A stretch of 64,000 nucleotides of DNA from Terriglobia bacterium (GTDB lineage: Bacteria > Acidobacteriota > Terriglobia > 20CM-2-55-15), in the NCBI GenBank assembly GCA_965218585.1, contig CBDCLE010000011.1:32001-96000 (forward strand), given 5' to 3'. Below, piece by piece: positions 50,564 to 60,579 of the stretch. The position numbers and the translations under genes are program-made. How positions within the stretch are numbered: position 1 is the first letter of the stretch; each line of letters starts with the position of its first letter. A model generated the notes under the pieces. It was given only the letters and a program-made list of their open reading frames with translations. It searched no databases and was not told the DNA's origin.

Positions 50564-52036
50564 AGTACTACTGTGTTACAAACGGTCTATTTTATGTTAG
50601 CATCCGGTCATGAGCGCCAAATCGAAGGCGCCAGGCACTCAGGAAAAACGTTTTGCGGCCTATTTGGAACGCCTGGCGTCGGCCGCAGGACACGCCGATC
50701 GTCATGAACCGTTGAAGTCGTACTGCACCGGGTTGTTGCTGCCGATCAAACGTAAGAGTGTGGAGCCGATGGCTGCACGATTGGCTCCGGATAATGTACG
50801 CCGAATGCACCAGTCGCTACATCATCTGGTCGCGGATGCGCCCTGGGACGATGCGGCTCTGTTGGCAGAAGTTCGACAGTACGCGCTGGGGGCGATGGAA
50901 GCCAACGGTCCGATTGAAGCCTGGATTGTCGACGACACCGGATTCGTGAAAAAGGGGACCCACTCGGTGGGTGTGGCCCGGCAATACTGTGGACAGGTCG
51001 GCAAACCTGAGAACTGCCGGGTGGCGGTGAGCCTGTCGGTGGCGACAGCGAAATCCAGCTTGCCGGTGGCATGGCGACTCTACCTCCCCGAGACCTGGGC
51101 GAAGGATCCGGAACGTCGAAGCAAAGCCGCTATTCCCGAAGACGTTCGATTTCAAACTAAACCTCAAATTGCTTTGGAACAAATCCGGCAGGCCGTCGAT
51201 GACGGCATTGCTCCGGCACCGGTTCTGGGCGATACGGCCTACGGCAACAACTACAAGTTCCGGCACGGCATCACCGAACTCGGACTTAGCTACGTCCTAG
51301 GGGTGCAAGGCACCACGACCGTGTGGAAACCGGGCCAGGGTCCCTTGCCGCCGAAATCCTTGACCGGCCGCGGACGGACACCGACCCGCATGCAGCGCAA
51401 CAAGAAACATCAACCGGTTTCGGTCAAGCAACTGGCCCTCTCGTTGTCTCCCCAGCGTTGGAAGAACGTCTCCTGGCGCGAAGGCACCTCCGAGACCCTG
51501 CGTTCCCGTTTCGCCGCAGTTCGCATTCGTCCCGCTCATCTGGATCACGAGCGCCACTCGCCGCATCCGAAAGAGTGGTTGTTGGTCGAGTGGCCCAAGA
51601 CCGCATCCGAACCGATCCGGTACTGGCTCTCCACTCTTGGGGCCCATACCTCGCTTTCCGATCTGGCCGGTCAGGCCAAACAGCGCTGGATCATCGAACG
51701 CGACTATCAGGAACTCAAGCAGGAACTCGGTCTGGGACACTACGAAGGTCGCGGCTGGCGTGGATTTCACCATCATGGCACCTTATGTATTGCCTCTTAT
51801 GGGTTCCTGGTCGCCGAGCGGAGCCGTTTTTCCCCCTCTGCATTTGTCGAGCATGTTGGACTATCCGTCCCCAAACTCCCCAAACACTTCAAACCCCGCG
51901 GAACCCCGGATCCGGCCCGAACGACATAACCCCTGCTCGATTGCCACGCTTCGCATTCGCATCGCCCGCTTCCTGATTCAGCAGCTTCCTCGTTGTCCGT
52001 TCTGTGGACCGCTTCGTTTGTAACACAGTAGTACTA
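50563..52036 (+). mobile_element. IS701 family insertion sequence
   Basis: Perfect 22-bp inverted repeat TAGTACTACTGTGTTACAAACG (the outer bases may be target sequence); flanks CTAG vs CTAC do not form a clean duplication. Confidence 0.9.
50610..51929 (+). CDS. IS701 family transposase
   Basis: RKSVEPMA, IVDDTGFVKKG.HSVGVARQYCG, RLYLP..W, GDTAYG, RWIIE..YQELKQELGLGHYEGRGW. Confidence 0.95.
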   Translation: MSAKSKAPGTQEKRFAAYLERLASAAGHADRHEPLKSYCTGLLLPIKRKSVEPMAARLAPDNVRRMHQSLHHLVADAPWDDAALLAEVRQYALGAMEANGPIEAWIVDDTGFVKKGTHSVGVARQYCGQVGKPENCRVAVSLSVATAKSSLPVAWRLYLPETWAKDPERRSKAAIPEDVRFQTKPQIALEQIRQAVDDGIAPAPVLGDTAYGNNYKFRHGITELGLSYVLGVQGTTTVWKPGQGPLPPKSLTGRGRTPTRMQRNKKHQPVSVKQLALSLSPQRWKNVSWREGTSETLRSRFAAVRIRPAHLDHERHSPHPKEWLLVEWPKTASEPIRYWLSTLGAHTSLSDLAGQAKQRWIIERDYQELKQELGLGHYEGRGWRGFHHHGTLCIASYGFLVAERSRFSPSAFVEHVGLSVPKLPKHFKPRGTPDPARTT

Positions 52037-52192
52037 CTCGGTCATGCCGATATTCAGACCACAGCCAATATCTACACGGATGTTAACGACGACGATGTTC
52101 AGAAGGCCGCCGACGTGTTAGATGAGGCCCTGAAGATTTCTTGTGGTACATCTGTGGTACAAACGCCTTCCATCACCGAAGTGGTGCAGTAG
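52034..52192 (+). pseudogene. C-terminal remnant of a tyrosine integrase
   Basis: LLGHADIQTTANIYTDV (box II LGH...Y); TGTGGTACA direct repeats at 52142 and 52153; points toward the 3' end of tRNA-fMet. Confidence 0.8.
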
Positions 52193-52297
52193 GGCTCAAT
52201 CGTTCGTAGACGTGATGCTCAAAGGAAATCCCGCTAAGCCCAACAAAAAAAGCCACCTTCCGGTGACCTTAATCGTTCCCTTATGGGCTGCCTGTTA

Positions 52298-52369
<72 letters not shown>

Positions 52370-52380
52370 TCGTGGTTACC

Positions 52381-52409
52381 ATCTTAAGAACTCTGTTACG
52401 GATCGTCAA
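52381..52409 (-). promoter_or_regulatory. Sigma70-like promoter of tRNA-fMet
   Basis: TTGACG-N17-TAAGAT, 11 bp before the tRNA. Confidence 0.65.
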
Positions 52410-52446
52410 GCGGACGAGAGTGGGGGAGGGCAGTAACCCTTTAATC

Positions 52447-52776
52447 TCAACGAACGGATTCGGGTCGAGGGCCGTCGGAGGGTAAGACCAGAATGATTTC
52501 ACCGGGTCGGACCAGCCTCAGGTCTTCGCGCGCACGGCGCTCGATTTCGGACGGTTCGGTGCGCAGGTTACGGATTTCCTGTGCCAACTGTACGTTCTCG
52601 GTTTCCAGTGTCTGGATCTCGGCCTGGAGTTCGGCCAGTTCGGTGGTTTTTCGACGGACTTCCAGCAGGCCACGGTCGCTGATCAGGGTTAAGACGAGAG
52701 TGGCCAGAGTCAACAGGCCGAAAACGGCGAGACCCACTCGGACCATCATTCCCTGAGCTATGCTTCGGTTGTCCAT
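52447..52776 (-). CDS. ftsB: Septum formation initiator FtsB/DivIC
   Basis: TM helix, DRGLL, coiled coil, IERRAREDLRLVRPGE. Confidence 0.85.
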   Translation of the reverse strand: MDNRSIAQGMMVRVGLAVFGLLTLATLVLTLISDRGLLEVRRKTTELAELQAEIQTLETENVQLAQEIRNLRTEPSEIERRAREDLRLVRPGEIILVLPSDGPRPESVR

Positions 52777-54167
52777 CGTTCCCCGTATTCGAGGAGCTGC
52801 TCCAGTTCCCGGCGGCTCGTCGCTTCCGCGTAAAATCTGACGACCGGTTCTGTGCCCGAAGGCTTGGCCAGGACCCAGCTGCCGTCTCCAAATATCAGCT
52901 TCAGACCATCGGTTCGGTCTGTCTTCTCAACCTTCTTACCGAAGAAGTCTGAAACGTTGGATGCAATTTTTGCGTCCAACGCATTCCGAACAGATGGCTT
53001 AAGCCGAATGTTCAGACGACGATTATACACTGCACCGGTCCGTTCAAAAAGGTTTTTCAGTAGTGTGCTCAATGATTTCCCGCGCTCGGCGACCATTTCG
53101 GCGACCAGGAGGCAGGCCAAGATCCCGTCCTTTTCCGGCAGGTGTCCCTGAATCGCAAGGCCCGCACTTTCTTCGCCTCCCAGAATGATCCGGCCCTGTT
53201 CGATATATTCCCCGATGTATTTGAAACCGACGGGAGTTTCGAGTACCTCCAGACCGTGGAGCTCGGCGACGCGATCGATCAGGTGGGTTGTGGCCACGGT
53301 GCGGGCGACGGCCCCACCCCAACCCCGGCTCTCGACGAGGTAGTCCAGAAGCAGGGCGATGACTTCGTTCGGGTAGACGTAGTCGCCGTTCGAATCGAGT
53401 ATGCCGAAGCGGTCCGCATCGCCGTCGGTTCCGAATCCAAGTGTGAGTTCCTCATGCAGCACGGCATGCTTCAGGCCTCCAAGATTCTCCTCATCGGGTT
53501 CGGGGTGGTCGCCGCCAAAGTAGACGTCGCGTTCGGTGTGCAGGGTATAGGGGGTGATTCCTTCGGATTCCAAAAGATAGTCGAGATATCCCGCCCCGAC
53601 GCCGTGGAGCGGGTCGTAACCGATGCGAATTCCGGATCTGCGGATGGCTTCGAAGTCGATCTTTGTTGTGAGGCTTCTGAGGTATTCGTCCCGGATATCG
53701 ACGCCTTCGATGTTCTCTGGCGCCGGAACCGATTGAAATTGCCAATCACTCTTCTGAAGCTCGATGATGGCACGCTCGATACTTTCTGTCACATCAGGTA
53801 AGGCGGGCGAGCCATCGGCGCCGGAGAACTTCAGGCCGTTATATTCGCCAGGATTGTGACTGGCTGTTATGTTGATTGCTCCGTCGAGTTTTCGGTGGCG
53901 TACTGAGAAGGAAACAGCGGGAGTGGGCACAGGCTTGTCCGAGACGAGAGCGTGGATGCCGTCTGCGGAAAGGACGTTTGCAACCTGGGCGGCGAAGTGT
54001 TCAGAAGCGAATCGAGTGTCGTATCCTACCAGCAGCGTCGGTGAAGGTGATCGCTTAAGGATGTGTTGCGCGATTGCTTCGGTTGCCAGCCGTACGTTGG
54101 CAAAGGTGAAGTCCTCGGCGATGATCGCGCGCCATCCCGAGGTTCCAAACTTGATCGTAGCTGCCAT
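52758..54167 (-). CDS. Phosphoglucomutase/phosphomannomutase
   Basis: FGTSGWR, TASHNP, DGDADR, GEES, PSGTEP..R.YAE. Confidence 0.95.
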   Translation of the reverse strand: MAATIKFGTSGWRAIIAEDFTFANVRLATEAIAQHILKRSPSPTLLVGYDTRFASEHFAAQVANVLSADGIHALVSDKPVPTPAVSFSVRHRKLDGAINITASHNPGEYNGLKFSGADGSPALPDVTESIERAIIELQKSDWQFQSVPAPENIEGVDIRDEYLRSLTTKIDFEAIRRSGIRIGYDPLHGVGAGYLDYLLESEGITPYTLHTERDVYFGGDHPEPDEENLGGLKHAVLHEELTLGFGTDGDADRFGILDSNGDYVYPNEVIALLLDYLVESRGWGGAVARTVATTHLIDRVAELHGLEVLETPVGFKYIGEYIEQGRIILGGEESAGLAIQGHLPEKDGILACLLVAEMVAERGKSLSTLLKNLFERTGAVYNRRLNIRLKPSVRNALDAKIASNVSDFFGKKVEKTDRTDGLKLIFGDGSWVLAKPSGTEPVVRFYAEATSRRELEQLLEYGERWTTEA

Positions 54168-54225
54168 ACCCGTCGCTATCTTAACAGTCGTTTCTCAGTA
54201 AATGACGGGAAGGTATCCGCCCTTT

Positions 54226-54543
54226 ATGACTGAATCAATGATCGCCATGGTGACCTGCGGATCACGTGACGAAGCGGGAGCGATTGCCGAAGCACTCGTC
54301 TCCGAGAAGCTCGCCGCTTGTGTGAACGTGGTTTCTTCAGTTGAATCCTGCTATCGGTGGGAGGGCCGGTTGAATTGGGATGCCGAATGCCTGCTGGTAA
54401 TCAAGACTACTGCTGGCGGCGTCGATCGGGTCCGGCAGCGTGTTCTCGAGCTTCACAGCTACGATCTGCCGGAGTTCGTCGCCTTCAAGATCGACAACGG
54501 ATCCGAATCTTACTTGAAGTGGATTGAAGACTCAGTGGATTAG
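54226..54543 (+). CDS. cutA: Divalent-cation tolerance protein CutA
   Basis: LAACVN, S.YRWEG, KT, LHSYDLPE, YLKWI. Confidence 0.93.
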   Translation: MTESMIAMVTCGSRDEAGAIAEALVSEKLAACVNVVSSVESCYRWEGRLNWDAECLLVIKTTAGGVDRVRQRVLELHSYDLPEFVAFKIDNGSESYLKWIEDSVD

Positions 54544-54576
54544 GTGAAAGAAATACTAACCGAGAGACGCTGAGGG

Positions 54577-54617
54577 CGCAGAGGACGCAGATAAATAATT
54601 TGTCCGCGTCCTCTGCG
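54577..54617. terminator. Long hairpin between convergent genes (CGCAGAG-type repeat)
   Basis: CGCAGAGGACGCAGATAAA / TTTGTCCGCGTCCTCTGCG arms with flanking related octamers. Confidence 0.55.
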
Positions 54618-54631
54618 TTTCTGCGTTGTTC

Positions 54632-55771
54632 CTATTCTTCAAACGCATGTTCCAGATCCGCAATCAGGTCCTCGATGTCTTCTATTCCAACCGAAATTCG
54701 AACCAGACCGGCTGTGACGCCCAGGCGTTCTCTGTCTTCCTCCGGTACGGACGCGTGAGTCATTGTTGCGGGGTGTGAGATCAGCGTTTCTACGCCGCCC
54801 AGGCTTTCGCCGAGAGAACAGAGTCGAACGCGTTCGAGAAACCCCGAGGCCGCTTCCAGCGATCCGAGGTCGAACGCGATCATCGCTCCAAAACCGGACA
54901 TCTGCTGTTTCGCCAGTTGGTGTTGAGGGTGATCTGAAAGGCCCGGGTAGTACACGGTTTGAACCTGGCTTTTTGAATCCAGATACTGTGCAATCGCCAT
55001 TCCGTTGGAATTGTGGGCCTCCATCCGGATTGGAAGCGTCTTGACGCCGCGCAACACCAACCAGGAATCGAATGGTGACAGGATCGCGCCTGCGGCGTTC
55101 TGGATGAAGTGGAGTTGCTCTCCATCTTTTTGGTCCTTCAGGACGGCGACGCCTCCAACACTGTCGCTGTGTCCGTTGAGAAACTTCGTCGTACTGTGGA
55201 TGACAATGTCTGCGCCCAGCGCAATAGGTCGCTGGAAGTAGGGGGTCATGAACGTGTTGTCGACGACGAGCCGGCAGCCGGCGTCTCTGGTTACGCTTGA
55301 AATTCCTGCGATGTCGCCGATGGACATCAACGGATTTGTCGGTGTTTCTACGAAGACCATCTTGGTGTTCGGGCGAATCGCATTGCGTACATTGTCTGCG
55401 CTGGATGTGTCGACCCAAGTGAAGTCGACACCGTAGTTGCGTACGATGCTTTCGAAAAGACGAAAGGTTCCACCGTAAACGTTCTCCGTGCAGACGGCAT
55501 GATCGCCTTTCTCGAGCAAGAGCTGTGTGATCGCCGTTTCCGCAGCCATTCCAGAAGCGAATGCGCACGCGGAGGTGCCACCTTCCAGGGCAGCCATGTT
55601 CTGTTCGAGAGCGTTTCGTGTGGGATTTTCGGTCCGGGCATACTCGTAGCCTTTGTGCTTTCCCAGTCCTTCCTGAACGTAAGTAGATGTCTGGTATATC
55701 GGAACCGTAACCGCGCCTGTGGTCGGATCGGGTTCCTGACCTGCGTGTATTGCGTCAGTTCTAAAGCCCAT
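54632..55771 (-). CDS. Cystathionine gamma-synthase/gamma-lyase (PLP)
   Basis: PIYQTSTY, YAR..NPTR, FASGMAA, ETPTNP, DNTF, HSTTKFLNGHSD, ESLGGVETL. Confidence 0.93.
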   Translation of the reverse strand: MGFRTDAIHAGQEPDPTTGAVTVPIYQTSTYVQEGLGKHKGYEYARTENPTRNALEQNMAALEGGTSACAFASGMAAETAITQLLLEKGDHAVCTENVYGGTFRLFESIVRNYGVDFTWVDTSSADNVRNAIRPNTKMVFVETPTNPLMSIGDIAGISSVTRDAGCRLVVDNTFMTPYFQRPIALGADIVIHSTTKFLNGHSDSVGGVAVLKDQKDGEQLHFIQNAAGAILSPFDSWLVLRGVKTLPIRMEAHNSNGMAIAQYLDSKSQVQTVYYPGLSDHPQHQLAKQQMSGFGAMIAFDLGSLEAASGFLERVRLCSLGESLGGVETLISHPATMTHASVPEEDRERLGVTAGLVRISVGIEDIEDLIADLEHAFEE

Positions 55772-55821
55772 AGAGGCAGATCTTACTTTAATTTTGTGGA
55801 ATCTGAGTAATCCGGGTATCG

Positions 55822-58086
55822 CTATTGGTGATTATCGATCTCTTCGAAATAGTCACCCTTGACGAGGACTTCGCGCGGCCTGCTGCCTTCCGGTGGGCCG
55901 ACCATGCCGTCTGCTTCCATCGCGTCCAGTAGACTGGCTGCCCGGCCGTAGCCGATTCGCAGGCGACGCTGCAGGGCGGACGTGGACGCTTTCCCCCCAT
56001 TTCGACAACGAGGCGCAGGGCAGTGTCGTAAAGTTCGTCGGTGGCGCCGTCCGGTTCCATCCGTGCTCGCCGCTCTTCTGGAGAGTCGAGGATGTTTTCG
56101 TTGTATGAAGGCCTGCCCTGAGCTTTGAGATAGTCCGCTACACGTGTGACCTCTTCTTCGGTCACCATCGGGCCGTGTGCGCGCATGAGGCGCGGAAGAA
56201 CCCGGCGGCAGGAAAAGCATGTCACCGCGACCCAGGAGCGATTCGGCTCCGTTCGCATCGAGAATAGTTCGGGAGTCGATCTTGGTGGCAACACGGAAGG
56301 AAATACGAGCCGGGAAGTTAGCTTTGATCAGACCCGTGATGACATCCACAGAAGGTCGTTGCGTCGCCAGAATGAGATGGATTCCGACCGCGCGCGCCAT
56401 TTGCGCGAGGCGTGTTATCGATTCCTCGACCTCGCGGGAAGCGACCATCATCAGGTCGGCCAACTCGTCGATTACGATCACAATGTAGGGGAGCTGCTCG
56501 CGGTCCTCTTCTTCCTCTTCGCCAAAACCCGGAATCGGTAGCTGTTTGATGTGTTCGTTGTAGGCTTCGAGCGTCCGCACACCCCGTTTGGCCAATTTCT
56601 TGTAACGGCCTTCCATTTCCCCGACGGCCCACTTCAGCGCGTTTTGCGCAGCGACAGGTTCGGTCACTACGGGGACCAGGAGGTGGGGGATGTCCTGATA
56701 CAGCCCCAGCTCGAGCCGCTTGGGATCGATCATGATCAGTTTTACCCGATCCGGTTTCGACCGAAACAACAGCGACAGAATCAACGAGTTTATGGATACA
56801 GACTTTCCGGTTCCCGTAGATCCTGCAATCAGAAGGTGCGGCATCCTGTGAAGATCGGAGACGATGATGCGCCCTGTGATGTCCTTGCCCAAAGCCAGCG
56901 GCAGCAAGGCTTTAGATTTCAAGTATTCGGGTGATTCTATAAGTTCCCGAAGAGTGATCGTGGCGCGATCGGGATTCGGCACCTCGATGCCGACTGTCGA
57001 TTTTCCGGCAAGCCGGTCGATGCGAATCGATTCTGCTTCCAGTGCAAGGCAGAGGTCCTGATCCAGTCCCGTTACCTTGGAATACTTGATTCCGGGCTCG
57101 GGTTTGAATTCGAACGTCGTTACGACAGGCCCCGGATGAATCTGCTGGACCTGTCCTACGACTTCGAATTCCTTTGTCTTTTCTTCGATCTGGTCTGCGC
57201 GTTCCCGAAGTTCCTCTTCATCTACGGGTATCTGATCCTCCGGCGGCAGTAACAGTTCAGGGGAAGGGAAGTTGACGGTTTTCAGCGGGACTGGCTCCAT
57301 TTCCGTGACGACGGGCTCGTCGATAGGGATCAGGGAAGGCTGCTCGGCCACTCTCCGTTTGCTGGCCCGGGGCGGGGGCACATCTTTGGGTTTTTCCGCC
57401 TTGGGTTCGGGTTGTGTGACGAGGGCTGGAGCTTTCTTTCGCTCGATGCGTCGCCGCACTCGCTCTCTTGATTGTTCCTCCAGCCATCCGACGGCCTGCT
57501 GTTGCCACACGGCCACAAAGCGCAGGCGTGGCCGAAGAAAGTCGATCGTCCTCTGAAAAGAAAAAGTCGTCGCAAGAAGAAGCGAAACCAGAAAAGACGC
57601 GACCAGTACGATCACGGTGCCGAGCGGGTTGAGCGTAGCACTCAACCATTCGGCGAGGAGTTGACCGCCACCCCCGCCTGCCGGAATCTGTCCGCCGATC
57701 CGGGGAACAGCAGGGGAGAGCGCAAGGCCAGTCGCCAGTGTCAGGACCATCAGCGACATTCCGGCCAGTCGGGTCCCCACAGTGCCGACACTCCATGACG
57801 CCAGCCAATGGAACGCGTAGATGCCGAGGAAAACCGGCAGTAGAAGGCCTGCATAACCGATCGCCTGAAACAGCAAGTCGGAAGCATGTGAACCGACGAC
57901 GCCAATCAGGTTGGCCGGTTGATCTTCAAATCGGACGTTTCGGCTGATGTTGAACGAAGGGTCCGTCGCGTCGAAGGAGACGAGGCTGAGACTGATCAGT
58001 ACCGCGACCGTAACCAAGAGCAGACCGACGAATTCGTTGATCCGACGGTGCTCGGTGGGCGTGAGGTAAACCGTCCACTTCATCAC
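55822..58086 (-). CDS. ftsK: DNA translocase FtsK (two compensating frameshifts near 56195 and 55995)
   Basis: 4TM N-terminus; PHLLIAGSTGTGKS, IDELADLMM, ATQRPSVDVITG; the linker is in ORF 55788..56294; gamma domain STSALQRRLRIGYGRA. Confidence 0.93.
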   Translation of the reverse strand: MMKWTVYLTPTEHRRINEFVGLLLVTVAVLISLSLVSFDATDPSFNISRNVRFEDQPANLIGVVGSHASDLLFQAIGYAGLLLPVFLGIYAFHWLASWSVGTVGTRLAGMSLMVLTLATGLALSPAVPRIGGQIPAGGGGGQLLAEWLSATLNPLGTVIVLVASFLVSLLLATTFSFQRTIDFLRPRLRFVAVWQQQAVGWLEEQSRERVRRRIERKKAPALVTQPEPKAEKPKDVPPPRASKRRVAEQPSLIPIDEPVVTEMEPVPLKTVNFPSPELLLPPEDQIPVDEEELRERADQIEEKTKEFEVVGQVQQIHPGPVVTTFEFKPEPGIKYSKVTGLDQDLCLALEAESIRIDRLAGKSTVGIEVPNPDRATITLRELIESPEYLKSKALLPLALGKDITGRIIVSDLHRMPHLLIAGSTGTGKSVSINSLILSLLFRSKPDRVKLIMIDPKRLELGLYQDIPHLLVPVVTEPVAAQNALKWAVGEMEGRYKKLAKRGVRTLEAYNEHIKQLPIPGFGEEEEEDREQLPYIVIVIDELADLMMVASREVEESITRLAQMARAVGIHLILATQRPSVDVITGLIKANFPARISFRVATKIDSRTILDANGAESLLGRGDMLFLPPGSSAPHARTRPDGDRRRGHTCSGLSQSSGQAFIQRKHPRLSRRAASTDGTGRRHRRTLRHCPAPRCRNGGKASTSALQRRLRIGYGRAASLLDAMEADGMVGPPEGSRPREVLVKGDYFEEIDNHQ

Positions 58087-58094
58087 GTCGCATT

Positions 58095-58907
58095 CTATCT
58101 AAATCCTATAGAGAAAGCGAGTAAGACCACAATACCAAGCGTTATCCGATAATAAACGAACGCATATGTTGTGTGTGTTGCCAAATAGCGAAGAAGGAAG
58201 GCGATGGCTGCGTATCCGACTATTCCGGAGGTCAGTATGCCAACCAGTAGCACCCCCAGTTGGTCACTGCTCATCCCTTCGTTGAAGAGGTCGAACACCT
58301 GCTTGGCGCCCGCTCCCGCTATCAGCGGAGCTGAAAGCAGAAATGAAAAGCGGGCTGCCGCATCGCGTTCGAACCCCCGGAACAGGGCTGCTGTGATAGT
58401 GACACCCGACCGTGACACTCCGGGAATGATCGCCAGCGCCTGTGCAAAACCCACGATCAAGGCATCGGTCCAGGAGACACCTTCGAGGCGTTTTTCTCTC
58501 CGTCCTCTCCACTCGGCAGCGACGAGGACAAGTGCCAGACCGATGAGTGTAAACGCCACCACGAGAGGACTGCGCAGGTATGCTTCGACGAAATCCTCCG
58601 CCAGGAACCCGGTCACTCCTCCTGGCACGGTTGCCGCGGCAATAAGCAGGACCATGCGGGCGTCCGGTTCGGCCCAGTGCCCCCGGGCAATGCGAACCCC
58701 GGAGCGTGCGAGGGCTATCCACTCTCTTCGGAAGTACCAGAGCAGGGCAAACAGCGTGCCGATATGGAGCGCTACATCGAAAGCCAGGCCCTGTTCTTCC
58801 CAGCCCAGGAACCAGGGAACGAGGATCAGGTGGCCGGTACTGCTGATGGGCAGGAATTCTGTGACTCCCTGAACCACACCCAGAACGATTGCCTCGAGTA
58901 CGTCCAT
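58095..58907 (-). CDS. uppP: Undecaprenyl-diphosphate phosphatase
   Basis: QGVTEFLPISSTGH, PGVSRSG, AARFSFLLS. Confidence 0.96.
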   Translation of the reverse strand: MDVLEAIVLGVVQGVTEFLPISSTGHLILVPWFLGWEEQGLAFDVALHIGTLFALLWYFRREWIALARSGVRIARGHWAEPDARMVLLIAAATVPGGVTGFLAEDFVEAYLRSPLVVAFTLIGLALVLVAAEWRGRREKRLEGVSWTDALIVGFAQALAIIPGVSRSGVTITAALFRGFERDAAARFSFLLSAPLIAGAGAKQVFDLFNEGMSSDQLGVLLVGILTSGIVGYAAIAFLLRYLATHTTYAFVYYRITLGIVVLLAFSIGFR

Positions 58908-58917
58908 CAGTGTCGGT

Positions 58918-60579
58918 TCAGATTTCCATGATGACGGGCAGGATGAAGGGGCGCTTGGAAAGCTGTTTGGAAATATACCGCTTCAGCGCGCGTCGAATTT
59001 TCTCTTTGATCACAGCCCAATCCCCACGTTCTTCGAGTGACGAGTCTTCGATGGTTTCGATCACGAGATCCCGGCATTCTTCGACCAGTTCGTCGTCATC
59101 CGTGACTGTCATGCCTCGAAATACCACTTCCGGGGGACTTTCCAGTTCGCCCGTCTGTTTGTTGATCACGATAACCGGCAGAACGATACCGTCTTCGGAA
59201 ATGTGCCTCCGGTCGCGCACCACCAGATCGGCCACTTCTTCCAAGCTCCCCTGATCGATCAGAACACGCCCGACCGGCGCTTTCCCGACTATCGAAACGC
59301 TGTCGGCATCGAGTCGGATCACGTCGCCGGTTTCTGCGATCAAGACTTCACGTTCAACGACTCCGGTCTGTTCGGCTATTGCTGCGTGACGATGCAAGTG
59401 ACGGTAGTCGCCGTGAATCGGGACGAAGAATCGGGGTTTGACCAGCATCATCATGAGCTTGAGTTCTTCTGCGCTGGCATGGCCGCTGACATGGACGGGT
59501 GGGGTTGAACCGTCCTGATAAATGACGTCGGCCTGCCGGCGATAGAGATGGTCCATCATTCGGGAAATTGCCCGTTCGTTACCGGGGATCATTCTGGACG
59601 AGAGGACCACCGTGTCGCCTGCATCAAGATGAAGGTCCTTGTGTTGGTCCACCGCTACGCGCGCCATCGCAGACATCGGTTCTCCCTGACAGCCGCTGAC
59701 GACGACACAGACCCTGTCTCTAGGGTGGTTCTTGATCTCCTTTGGGCGTATCACCAGTCCAGGAGGAAGATCCAGCGATCCCAACTGCTGGGCCATGTCG
59801 CTGTTGGTCAGCATTCTCCGTCCGAGAAAAGCCAGGTGCCTGCCGTGTCTGTGGGCCGCGTCCGCAATGATCTGAATACGGTGGATCGCGGATGTGAAGC
59901 AGGAGACGATGATGCGGCCTTCGGCCTCCCCGAAAATGCTTTCGAAACGACCCTCGACAGCACGTTCCGACGGCGTATATCCCTCGCGTTCTGCGTTCGT
60001 GCTGTCAGAGAAAAGAGCCAGGACGCCCTCGCGTCCGTAAGCGGCGAATGCGGGCAGGTCGAAGTGGTGGCCGTCGATCGGAGAATGGTCGATTTTGAAA
60101 TCGCCTGTATGAATGATGAGTCCTGCCGGTGTTCGAATGGCCAGCGCGAGCGAATCGACGATGGAGTGTGTGACCGCGATGAATTCTACGCCAAACGGTC
60201 CCAACCGGATGGAATCCTCCGGATGAATCTCGATCAATGTTGATTCTGTCAGGAGGTCATGGTCTTCCAGTTTCCGGCGAACAAGTGCAAGCGTGAACGG
60301 GCTGCCGTAAACCGGAACATTAATGTAGGGAAGAATGAAGGGAAGCGCCCCGATATGGTCTTCGTGGCCGTGTGTCAGGACGATCGCACGGACTTTTTCA
60401 CGATTGTCGAGCAGGTAAGTGATATCCGGGACAACGATATCCACACCCAGCAATTCCTGTTCGGGAAACAGAACGCCGCAATCGACGACGATGATGGAAT
60501 CATCGGACGAAAACGCCATCATGTGCATGCCGAATTCGCCCAGTCCGCCGAGGGGGACAACTTCTAAAGTGTCAGTCAT
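58918..60579 (-). CDS. rnj: Ribonuclease J
   Basis: PLGGLGE, THGHEDHIG, HTGDFK, SDSTNA, QGEP, HVSGH, PIHG. Confidence 0.96.
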   Translation of the reverse strand: MTDTLEVVPLGGLGEFGMHMMAFSSDDSIIVVDCGVLFPEQELLGVDIVVPDITYLLDNREKVRAIVLTHGHEDHIGALPFILPYINVPVYGSPFTLALVRRKLEDHDLLTESTLIEIHPEDSIRLGPFGVEFIAVTHSIVDSLALAIRTPAGLIIHTGDFKIDHSPIDGHHFDLPAFAAYGREGVLALFSDSTNAEREGYTPSERAVEGRFESIFGEAEGRIIVSCFTSAIHRIQIIADAAHRHGRHLAFLGRRMLTNSDMAQQLGSLDLPPGLVIRPKEIKNHPRDRVCVVVSGCQGEPMSAMARVAVDQHKDLHLDAGDTVVLSSRMIPGNERAISRMMDHLYRRQADVIYQDGSTPPVHVSGHASAEELKLMMMLVKPRFFVPIHGDYRHLHRHAAIAEQTGVVEREVLIAETGDVIRLDADSVSIVGKAPVGRVLIDQGSLEEVADLVVRDRRHISEDGIVLPVIVINKQTGELESPPEVVFRGMTVTDDDELVEECRDLVIETIEDSSLEERGDWAVIKEKIRRALKRYISKQLSKRPFILPVIMEI

